Shown: positions 52,590 to 64,000 of the stretch, piece after piece
How positions within the stretch are numbered: the first letter of the stretch is position 1
How the letters are laid out: the number at the start of each line of letters is the position of its first letter
NCBI GenBank assembly: GCA_951406725.2
Contig: OX597816.1
Coordinates: forward strand, 62,000,001 to 62,064,000
DNA from: Octopus vulgaris
Lineage: Eukaryota
Length of the DNA: 64,000 nucleotides
Direction: 5' to 3'
Translations under genes and position numbers: made by a program
Notes under the pieces: generated by a model
Told to the model about the DNA's origin: nothing
The model's input: only the letters and a program-made list of their open reading frames with translations
Databases searched by the model: none

Positions 52590-52916
52590 AGACATCCTTC
52601 GGCCATGAATGACCATGGGATTGCGCCTAGAAACTTACCCACCGAGGCACAAATCCGAGGGATGTTGTTTTATAGAAGACCAGCAGTCGTCCATGCATAC
52701 CAGCCTTTCCTCTCCACGCCACCGATGTTGTCTAATGGAAAGGCCGGTACAGCTCGGCGCCAGTGACGCCGCAACTCATTGTGACATCTGATTGAACTGG
52801 AGTAACATGAAATGAAGTGTCTTGCTCAAGAACACAATACACAGCCTAGTCCAGGAATCGAAATCACTACCTCATGATTGTAAGTCCGATGCTCTAATTA
52901 CTGAGTCATGCACCTT
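52590..52916 (-). mobile_element. tRNA-derived SINE (head 2 + tail Z)
   Basis: tgaccatgggattgcgcctagaaa...gcataccagcct...gtgtcttgctcaagaacacaa...gctctaattactgagtcatgcacct; co-linear with 13076-13395. Confidence 0.85.
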
Positions 52917-53429
52917 TAATACCAAAAGGTAATCATTGTTATATCCATGTTAACATGGATGTCTTTTTAGGACATCGAATACTGCATTATTAGCCTCGAG
53001 AGACCCTCTCATATAGACGCTTGGTGTATAAAAGTACACACGTAGATCGTAGCAGATATGTATCTTATACATAAATGGCAATTTCTGACTCTCGATCTGT
53101 CTGTTACAATCTTGCTACCTACCTACACCAGTGAACCAATCTTGGCGAAACTTTGCATACATGTTAAAATAACATCCATTTCAATTATAGGTTAGTTGGA
53201 TTTCAATAAAAATCTATAATGCTACCCCACAAGGAGGCTGTGCTATTATTTGATAAAATGAAAAGAGTAAAAAGGGTGTTAGTATGAGGGAAATATGGTG
53301 GAATAGTGAGTGTGGCTGATATCAGGGAAGGGGATAACAGCGTTGTGCAAGCGACAAATATTGAGTGGCGGTGGGATGATAACGTTAATACAGCTGTTAT
53401 TCACGGATGTACACATTTTAAATTTATCC

Positions 53430-53916
53430 CTCCCGAAATGACAAAGTTCATTGTATCGACCAAAATCAAAAGAAAAAGAGTTGATGAAATAATTACATCT
53501 ACGATTTTCATTCAAGCAGCACAAAATTTAGGAAAAGAATACTGGAGCTGTGAGAAAAGAAAGCTATGTTTAGTGTGAATTCACACCGTAACGGAAAAAC
53601 AATGAGTCGAAAATTATTAATTTTTCTAGTGATCACCTTCATCCAGCTGATATAGATTCGTTAAATGTTAGAAAAGCAGTTTCAAAAATAAAGCATGAAG
53701 TAGTGGAAAACATAGCAGCTAGTTATGTGTTGCAGAGTAACGGCTAAGTTTACGCGGCTAATAGAAAATACTTTCTTACAACTTCCTCGTTGGCCTGTAC
53801 TTTCCAAGATTATTCAAAGGTGCCGACAAAAAACTTCTGGATTTGCTGCTAATCCAGGGATAAGAAATGGTTTTGAAATACCTGAAGGATATTGTAAACT
53901 TGATAATGGCGAACAG

Positions 53917-53919
<3 letters not shown>
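53430..53919 (+). pseudogene. Mutator-like (FLYWCH-MULE) transposase N-terminal remnant
   Basis: EYWSCEKRKLC...IHT...DHLHPAD..LNVRKAVSKIK, then LP...LSKIIQRCRQ....ANP....FEIPEGY...NGEQF; truncated by (CA)n. Confidence 0.65.
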
Positions 53920-53953
<34 letters not shown>

Positions 53954-54046
53954 ACACACACACACACATACACACACACACACACACACATATATATATG
54001 TATATACATATACACATATATATATAATATGTGACCACGTGTGTAT

Positions 54047-54185
54047 CGTTGGCGATTTTCTTTCTCCGTCTTCCCTTCTTTGGATCTTTCCTTTTTCTAT
54101 GTTTCTGACGAAGAGCTCCGCTCGAAACGTTACATCCTTCTTCTTTCTTTCCTTTCCTGAGCATTCAATAACAATATACTCGCGT
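54047..54185 (+). mobile_element. PLE-terminus-like repeat with an HHR motif (54101-54135)
   Basis: GTTT-CTGACGA-A-GAGC tcc GCTC-GAAA-CG-TT: canonical core, but the helix I 3' strand is imperfect in this copy. Flanked by (TA)n. Confidence 0.75.
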
Positions 54186-54195
54186 TGTGAAGAAA

Positions 54196-54261
<66 letters not shown>

Positions 54262-54948
54262 CATATGAGCAGTTATGTAACACAATTTTCTGAACCTTCA
54301 GATTATAATATGATAGACCACTGGTTTTAAATTGATGTTAATCATATTAATATCCAATTTTTCAACCCCATTTTAGATTTAAATTGATTATATATATATA
54401 TATATATTGAATGTATCCTTTTCTTAAAATGACTGAATATAAACTATTTTCCTTTTTACAAAGATGGTAAAATTGCTCATAAGAAGTTGGGATATGCCTC
54501 ACGAAGCTGTTTTAGTGGTCCCAACTGTAAAACTTTTGTAAGATTTGTGTAAAAGGTTTCGTCATTACTCTACCATAAGCTATTAATGTACCAATTCCGC
54601 TCATGTAAATGCGATTGTCCTTTTGCTTTGTTTCGAAGACGTAACTTTATTTGTAGTGTGATCAAGCTTGCGACTTTTATGTAAATATTCATCATGTTAT
54701 CCAAGCAGACATTACAACTCAACAATTATAAGCTGTTCACAGCAGTGTCTCTTTATCCTGTTACTAGGTTAGCAAATTACATTTTATCTCCGGTTTTATG
54801 CGTATCATTCTGTAAGATATCACGTCTCCTCTCGTGGACTTTCTTTTTTATATTTGATCAATAATGTGATTTTTTTTTCTATTTCCATGTCCGAAGAGAA
54901 AGCATTACCATGTGAATGTTAAAAGCAGTTCAACTTAGAAGCATTTCT

Positions 54949-54982
<34 letters not shown>

Positions 54983-56702
54983 TCTCTGTCACGTTTTATA
55001 CTGGCTTTTTTATAATGTCTACCAGAATATGTGCACGTAGATACGTAAATATTTGAAATACTATTCTCGTAATCTCCAATCAACGATGAACCGCAACTCA
55101 TTTATCCATCGCCACTCCAAGGTTCAGATATAGATTTTGTTTTTATAGAACTACAGTGCTGGTCTTAACAGTAAACATGGCGGCTACATTTTTTTTATAA
55201 TTACCTCCAGTGTTGATTTAACAGTTCTCTTTAACTTTTGTCGCTGTTCAATATTATTTAGCTTATATAACTGTATGTCTTTCTTATCTCTCGAAGTAAA
55301 ATGGAAAAGAGATAGCAAGATACAGAACATATTGGGTTTAAAAGAAAAAGAAGGAAGAAAACCTAAACTTTTCTGTTTTATAGTTTTATAGTTTTCACTA
55401 TTTTCTTTTCACCTCCATTATATTATCTACTTTTAGAAGTTAGAATTTTTTCTATTGGCTTCTTTAGAATAATGTGAAAGGCAAACTGTCTGGAAAATGC
55501 ACATGCATATTAAGACACCTACACATCCACACACATACACACGCCACATTTCACACCAAACACCATATACACACATACATATACCCATATAAGTAATATA
55601 TACTTTATGTATGTATGTATGTATGATTGTATGGATTTCTGTATGTATATATATATATATATATATACACACACATACATACATACAGAGAACGCGCGAA
55701 AGAGCTATATAAATAACATACTGGACTAAGATAAGAATATTCTATTCAAATGCCATTTTAAGAAATTAAGTATAGAATACTAATCTTAACGGAAGTTATA
55801 CTAAAATGTTCTTTTATTCAGTTTCTTTTTTAACCGATAACAAAATCTTTGAAAAAAATTAAGATGAAGAAAGCCAAAATATAAAGAAACATAAGACAAC
55901 CACCGCAATAATTCGAGTAAGAAAGTATATAAAATATAACTATATGAACAAAACATTCAAAGAATGTCTTAAAAACATTCTCTTAACTTTCTATATTCAC
56001 AAAAAATGTAACAAAAACATGTTCCCGTTATACAGAAATTGGGAATTTCTGAAATTGAGAAAAAAACCAAAATAGTCGTGACGGCATGAGTAAAATACTA
56101 TGTATACAATGAATAAATATTTTTAAAAAAAATAGTATGAATAAAATAAAATAAGAAGTAATGTTGAAGAATTGAAAAGAAATTGCTAAAAAATACAAAT
56201 AAAGGAATGGATAAACGGAACGAAAGGAGGGAAGAAAATGAAGAGAAATTTTTAACACATTTCCCGGTATCGTGCACAAGATGTTGGCCTTTCAATTAAC
56301 TGAGAATCTCAGTCAGATTTGCCTCGTCCTTGTCAAGTATGTACTTTGAAAATTCCCGATCACTCACCAGAAAAGATGTTGAAAATATAATGACACAAAA
56401 GTAGAGAATAAAAAAAAACGAATTTACAAACACAAAAGAAAGAGAAGGAATGGTTCTTCATAAAAGATTAGATGAATATTCTTTAATTCAAGATTTCAAT
56501 GAGATGAAAAAAAACTTATAAATATTAAAAAAAAAAAAATCGAGCAAGGCTTAATAATTTGACTTTGCACATTATCTCAATTCAAGACGAGACTGTGAGT
56601 GATCGGTGAACATTTTTTGGAAAATTCTATACAAATAGATTCTGTATAGGAAAAAGTGAGGGGATCCAGAGAAAGAGAGTGAGTGGGAGCGTGAATAAAT
56701 GA

Positions 56703-56882
<180 letters not shown>

Positions 56883-57229
56883 TATACATATATATTTATA
56901 GGGAACAAGAGAAATACAAGCAAAGATATAAAGACAGAATGAGACAGAGAGTACGAGGGAAGAGAGAGACCTAAGACCGTATCAGAGAGAAAGAGAAAGC
57001 GTGTGTGAGTGTGTGTGGGGGAGACAGAGAGAGAGAGTGAACGAGAAAAAGACATTGAATCACTAAGAGTGATAAACAGAAGAACAGAGCGGAGAATATC
57101 CAGTACCATAATCATACAGATAGAATATATGGGAAAGAAATGTGGATGAGTCGAGAGTCATATTATAAATACAAACGTACCTATATATATATATATAAAC
57201 ATAAAAACATATGGGTGTGCATTTTGTTA

Positions 57230-57260
<31 letters not shown>

Positions 57261-57706
57261 TGAGAGTGAGAGTGAGTGTGTATTTTGTGCGTCTGTGTGT
57301 GTGTGTGATATTCATAAGTTTTCTTTTCGGTTCGTCCTTTAGCGTGTGTTTTTTTACCTTCTGCACAACGATGTTATCTCCAATGGAAGACTTTGCAGCT
57401 AAGAATTCTTCTTTCTTTTGGTACTGGAGGAGGTCAGGTCTAATTATTTCTAGGGTCATTTATTTGTTTATTTGCACGTGACAGTGAATATAGAACTTAT
57501 TTTCACATTGATGTAGATCAAGTTTTTGATATGTTTTTAGCAGCAGCTCAACAGAAATTCTGTGGTTTACTGTATACATTGGATTATTTATTAGCGAGAT
57601 TATTTACGTTATACTAGACTTGTGACATCACATTAACACATGCATATACACACACACACACATACATACATATATTTGTATGTATACACACACACAAACA
57701 CACACA

Positions 57707-57769
<63 letters not shown>

Positions 57770-58095
57770 TGTTCCATAATAAAAAAAAAACAACAAAAAT
57801 AGTACTGCATCTGGTGAGAGATGAATATTATTTATTTAAAGGTCACAATACATGTATTTAAGTGCTACTAATAGTTCCATATGTTAAGAAAACTCAAATA
57901 TATTCTTCAGGCGCAGACCACATATCATAACGAACTAAAAAAGTTTGAATAATAGAAGAAACGCTAAAAAAACTGGAGTGGCAGCATAGAGAAAACGCAG
58001 AAAGTAAACAGAAAATGGAAAACGAAAACACGAAAACTAAAGTGTAAAAAGTAACCACTCTAGTATTGATCAGAATGATAAAATGAAACCAAAAA

Positions 58096-58348
58096 AATAG
58101 GTCAAGGGAAGTTATTTTGTTTGCTTTTTCGTTTTCCTTTAATAAGAAAGCTAACATTCCTAAAAGATTCCTGTTTCTCCTAGACAAACAGTTTCCAGCA
58201 ACTCACAGATACAGAGAAATATTTAATAGGCGTTCTGTGAAATTATCATATGGCTGCTGCTCCAATATGAAGAGTATCATTTACTCGTGGCCAATACCAA
58301 GAACCTAAATCCAGTTGCAACTGTCGCGACCCAGGATCCTGTCCACCT
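58096..58348 (+). pseudogene. Penelope-like element ORF fragment (RT C-terminal/linker region)
   Basis: NRSREVILF...KANIPKRFLFLLDKQFPATHRYREIFNRRSVKLSYGCCSNMKSII then CNCRDPGSCP, matching the PLE pattern WFNPP..TNIG..FL..IDKHFP..H..KIFNRN.VK.SYSC..N...II...CNCR....CP. Confidence 0.8.
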
Positions 58349-58675
58349 GACCAACAATGTATGATGAAATCTATCATATATGAGGCAGAGTGTTACTGCA
58401 ACCCTAAATAATAATGTAGTTGATTAAATGACCTTTATTGGATTATGTGAAAGTGAATTTAAAAATCGCTATGCCAATCACAATGCCTCATTCCGATATA
58501 GGGATAAAAGTAAAGCTAAGTTGAAAAGAAAATAGTTTATTTGTTAGAAAAAACCTAAAAAATTCATGTTGAATTCTTGATTTTTTAAATGCCACCCATG
58601 TTATCAATACTGTCCGGGAAGAGGTCTCATTCTATCATGTTAACGTAGAATTAATTTTTACTCGAGGCAACGTAC

Positions 58676-58859
58676 GGCTTTGGAAAATATGGACCACTGG
58701 TGAAGGAGCTGCATTCATACAAGAAATTTTAGAGTCGATAGGAGAGTGTGTATTCATATTTTGAGTAGGTGCAAGATCTTCGGTCTGGTTCGTCATTAGT
58801 TGGTAACCAGGGTAGTCCATCATTGCAGAACTAAAGATGCTTCCAGCTCCACTTACGAG
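58676..58859 (-). CDS. Candidate isolated host exon (184 nt), product unknown
   Basis: Non-repetitive, open minus-strand frame LVSGAGSIFSSAMMDYPGYQLMTNQTEDL...VVHIFQS bounded by tag| and |gtacgt; no recognisable domain. Confidence 0.25.
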
Positions 58860-58907
58860 CTAGATTAACACAGTATATTTTAAATGTGTAAGTATTTTAT
58901 TTAGTCA

Positions 58908-59722
<815 letters not shown>

Positions 59723-59949
59723 TGAAATTTATTACTATTTTCGAAACGAAATGATGTATTTTAACTCGATATCATCTCCACCTCGAACACAACACATGTA
59801 AACATGCGTGGAACATTACGACCCATCAACACCAGATCATCTCAGACCCCAAACACTATGTACAAAAAAACTACGAAGTAATTAAATAACACCGATATTA
59901 TTCAACCCAAGAATAGCAATCGGGAAGTACGTTCATTAAACTTACAACA

Positions 59950-62878
59950 TAAAATGTACGAAAAACTACACGTGCAAAACAATGTGACAACAGAAATGAA
60001 CGGACCGGTACCCTACGAAAATGACGACCGTCAAAATAATGGGCCGGACGTTGTTCCTCATGTCCCGCAAATAAAACCCAAAAGGCATAAATGGACACGT
60101 GAGGAATACATTTCTATCCTCATACCTATTTTACAGCAGTGCTCTACCCAAAGAATGAAAACACAACACATACATATAAAATATGGAATGAAAACAACAT
60201 AAATATAGACTTGGATATAGCAATGAACCCTAACAAACTAGCAAATATACGGAGATATATTCTCAACGCAAAAAAATATCAGAAATAGAAATGGAACATC
60301 TAAAAGAAAAAATACATCAGGAAAATGTAGATAGAAGCCAGACAACAATGCCCAATAATATAAACACTGAAACAGTAATACACGAAGACAAATGTAACAC
60401 TCCCAACACGACAAACAAACATATAAATAAGAAAGAAAACGACACAAATCTAAAACCTGGAAACAATGAAGGGGAGCCTAATGAATATGATAATATAAAA
60501 AGTAGAATAATCAAAGAACTGAAAACCACAGAGCTCAAAATGGACCACCGACCATACCTCCCAAAAATCAAAATAGACAAAACAACAACACCAATTATAA
60601 ACAGCATAAACCTAGCCGTCACGGAACTAATAGCCACTGAAACAAAAAGCGATAACACTGAGCTAAATAACTTAGTATACGCAGCAGCCACTGCAGCCAC
60701 AAAAGAAGCTGGATACTCACTCAAACAAGAGTACCACCACCCAAACAAACCCTGTGGATAAATAACATCCTAAACAAAATACAAAAAATAAGAAAAGATC
60801 TATCGATTCTTAATGAAATCAGTAGACAATCAACGCTACTGAGCAACAAAAAGAAAACAAAAATACTCCGCAAATACAACATCACACAAAAAGATTTACC
60901 TGAGATAAAAGAAAAGCTAAAGCAAGATATCCTTGTCAAAGCACAAAGGATCCGCCGGTACGAGAAACACCAGCGCTTCTTTGAACAAAACAAAAAGTTC
61001 AACTCCAACCCCAAAAAGTTCTACCAAGAACTATAAAATAGAAATCACTGCAGCACCAACGACAGAAGAAGTGGAAGAATTCTGGAGAGAAATATGGTCG
61101 GCGAACGAACAACAAAAAAAAAGGAGTATTGAAATAACAAACTCAGCATCTGAGCAACTTTGGACCCCCATAACAACTGTAGAGGTCACCCAGGCACTGC
61201 AAAGACTAAGCAACTGGAAGGCACCTGGGCATGACAAGATCCCCAACTTCTGGTTGAAATATCTAACAGGAATGCACAAAAAGCTGGCTGAAAATTTTAA
61301 CAACATACTAGCAGAGACAGAGACAATGCCTGAATGGCTCACGAAGGGGAAAACCATCTTAATTCCCAAATCAATTGAGACAGCAAAACCAGAAAACTAC
61401 AGACCAATAACCTGTCTCCCTACGATGTACAAGGCATTTACTGCAGTGATATCGCAAAGGTTGAACAAGCACCTAGACGAAAACAACCTGTTTCCAGAAG
61501 AGCAGAAAGGATGCCGCAAAGGCTCATACGGCTGTAAAGATCAACTAATGATCAATAAAGCCATAACTGAAGACAGCCACAGAAAGAAGAAAGGCCTCAG
61601 TATGGCCTGGATTGACTACAAAAAGGCGTTTGATAGCATCCCCCACACATGGATCCTCGAAACACTAGCCATTAACAAAGTAGCACCAACAATTATAAAA
61701 TTCATTAGGCACTCTATGAATAAATGGCAAACAGTGCTACAGCTCCAAACAAAAGAGGGACTCATGAAAACCAAAGACATCCCCATTAGAAGAGGAATAT
61801 TCCAGGGAGACACGCTCTCTCCACTCCTTTTCTGCTTGTCACTGTCACCTCTATCTGATATGCTAAATAGAACTGGATGCGGATATAAATGTTACGACAA
61901 AACGATCAGCCACTTTTTATATATGGATGACCTAAAACTATACGCTGCAAATGACAAACAGCTGGAAACACTATTAAAGACAGTTCATGGATTTACCAAA
62001 GAAATAGATATGAAATTTGGATTAGAAAAATGCGCCAAAGTAACCATGAAAAGAGGAAAACTAGTTAAGAGTAACAACATCACACTAGATAAAACCAATG
62101 AAATAAAAGAATTAGACCAAAGCCAAACTTACAAATACTTAGGAATCCATGAACTAGATAAGACACAACACACACAAATGAAAGAGAAAATAAAAAAGAA
62201 TATTATAGACGAGTTAGATCAATACTAAAAACAGAGCTCAATGCTAAAAACAAGATAATAGGTATTAACACTTTAGCTGTCCCAGTTATAAGTTACAGCT
62301 ACAATATCCTTAACTGGACACTAAATGAACTGACCAAAATAGATAGGAAAACAAGAAAAATAATGACAGGGTCTAGGATGCATCACCCAAAATCTGACAT
62401 AGAAAGACTATATATACAACATATAGAAGGTGGTAGAGGCCTTATACAGCTGGAAAACTACTATAAAATAACCACCATAGGACTGCAAAAATATCTACTT
62501 CAGAAGGAAGGAAAACTGATACAAATAGCGGCAAAACACGAGCAAAACAAAAAACTGTTCTCGGTATTTAAGGAAGCTGACAAATACAAACAAGAAATCA
62601 TACCACCTAACAAATATAAAGAAGAAGAAGAAGAAGAAGAAGAAGATGAAGAAGCAACAAAAGCTATAAAACAAATGAAATCCAAACTAAAACTAGAACA
62701 GCAACGGACCATGATAAAACGATGGCAAGAAAAACCCCTCCACGGTAACTACTGGACTAAACTAAATGCAAAAGAAATAGACAAAGAAAAATCCCAGCTA
62801 TGGTTGAGAAGCTCAGGACTCAAAGCAGAGACAGAGGGATTTTTAATTGCAGCACAAGACCAAAGCCTCCCCACCAGT
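59950..62878 (+). mobile_element. R4/Dong-type non-LTR retrotransposon, frameshifted and 3'-truncated
   Basis: Successive ORFs 59954, 60291, 60933 and 62363. RT motifs WKAPGHDKI, NYRPITCL, WIDYKKAFDS, RGIFQGDTLSPLLF and YMDD, then WLRSSGLKAETEGFLIAAQDQ. The CCHC and endonuclease parts are missing. Confidence 0.88.
60933..62228 (+). CDS. Reverse transcriptase domain ORF (431 aa) of the R4/Dong-type element, probably pseudogenised
   Basis: Complete RT motif set including YMDD; frameshifts on both sides. Confidence 0.85.
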   Translation: MSKHKGSAGTRNTSASLNKTKSSTPTPKSSTKNYKIEITAAPTTEEVEEFWREIWSANEQQKKRSIEITNSASEQLWTPITTVEVTQALQRLSNWKAPGHDKIPNFWLKYLTGMHKKLAENFNNILAETETMPEWLTKGKTILIPKSIETAKPENYRPITCLPTMYKAFTAVISQRLNKHLDENNLFPEEQKGCRKGSYGCKDQLMINKAITEDSHRKKKGLSMAWIDYKKAFDSIPHTWILETLAINKVAPTIIKFIRHSMNKWQTVLQLQTKEGLMKTKDIPIRRGIFQGDTLSPLLFCLSLSPLSDMLNRTGCGYKCYDKTISHFLYMDDLKLYAANDKQLETLLKTVHGFTKEIDMKFGLEKCAKVTMKRGKLVKSNNITLDKTNEIKELDQSQTYKYLGIHELDKTQHTQMKEKIKKNIIDELDQY

Positions 62879-62880
62879 AG

Positions 62881-62986
62881 AACAACGACACGTGTTTCGT
62901 GGCTATATTTAAGAAATGATTATAGTAAAAATATTAGTAGCAGTAGTAGAATCACTTCACTATAAATATATCCCCTCATTATTGTT
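62881..62986 (-). other. Degenerate HHR-like motif abutting the truncated LINE
   Basis: Minus strand AACAA-taatga-GGGGATATATTT...AAATATAGCCAC-GAAA-CACGTG-TC-GTTGTT. Confidence 0.5.
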
Positions 62987-63186
62987 AAAAATATCTACAA
63001 TAATAAAATAATTAATAATTAAATATACGTAAATAATCTTTTAAAGTATTTTAAGATTTTTTTAATTTTTTATTATTTATTTTAAAAGGTTTTATTTATT
63101 ATTTTGCACATTACTTAATCATCGGTATATTTTTTATCGTATATTTATATATATATATATACAAACACACACATACACACACACAC

Positions 63187-63232
<46 letters not shown>

Positions 63233-63284
63233 CACACACATATATATATGTGTATGTGTGTGTGTGTACATATATATATATATA

Positions 63285-63323
<39 letters not shown>

Positions 63324-64000
63324 GAATGCCCTGTGAGCAAATGCACGAAGCAAGAAAACTGTAACTTAGAAACTTAACTCTGAGAATCTCTGGTTCTTTA
63401 TACCTGACATGTTTATCTCACACTGTGATGTCCACAAATAGACCCAGAGATTTAAAGGGAAATCATAATTCGTTTTATGTTGATTGAATAGTTAGTGAAA
63501 TGCGTAAAATAATACCAAACCAGATTTTGAAATTTTATGTTTACGTATGACGATTCTGAACATTACCGCAATGTATCACAGGTAACTTATCTTGTTATGC
63601 TGCTGAGAGAAATCTTTAAATAGCCATGCTAGTGTGTCACATGTTTTGGTTATAAAAAAAAATTAATGCTATTTCAAGCAAAAAAGTAAAAAGAAACTTT
63701 CAGTACCGTTGGTTCTGTGTTTCATTTACGACTGAATCTAGTTAAAACTAGGTCACGTGCTAAGCCATTCAAACTTGTCATCCTTTGATAGTCATTGATA
63801 ATTGCAGTTAATCGCTTTGTCGACAATCCTACTAGCCTCGTACGTTTCTTAGCTAAGAAACTATAGAAGTTGATTGACACTGTTTTTCTTTATTCTGACA
63901 AGGAATGCATTCATTACCATACTTCTATCTGATAATTTGTCACTATTACTGGAATTTTAAAAACAACACAATTTTTTCTGTAACAGTCACAAAAATATCG

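Overview
AT-rich, microsatellite-saturated eukaryotic intergenic or intronic DNA. The SINE families and repeat density suggest an octopus or other cephalopod genome (inference). I can support no intact host gene, and nearly all ORFs in the track are translations of (TA)n/(CA)n/(TAA)n repeats. Recognisable elements are: three Tc1/mariner remnants, three non-autonomous Helitrons, a 5'-truncated CR1-type LINE with a 449-aa RT ORF, two R4/Dong-type LINE copies, an RTE-type remnant, a Mutator/FLYWCH remnant, Penelope-like element (PLE) coding remnants, and about 20 tRNA-derived SINE copies built from shuffled modules. The main unexplained signal is about 17 minimal type-I hammerhead-ribozyme (HHR)-like motifs from several unrelated sequence families. 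Most sit in fold-back or tandem repeats next to (TA)n tracts. They keep the HHR topology while co-varying at the core 3:8 pair (C:G, U:A, G:C). One lies directly downstream of a tRNA-like Pol III head. Together these look like a community of ribozyme-bearing PLE-terminal or retrozyme-like non-autonomous elements. All folds were read by eye, and cleavage activity is untested.
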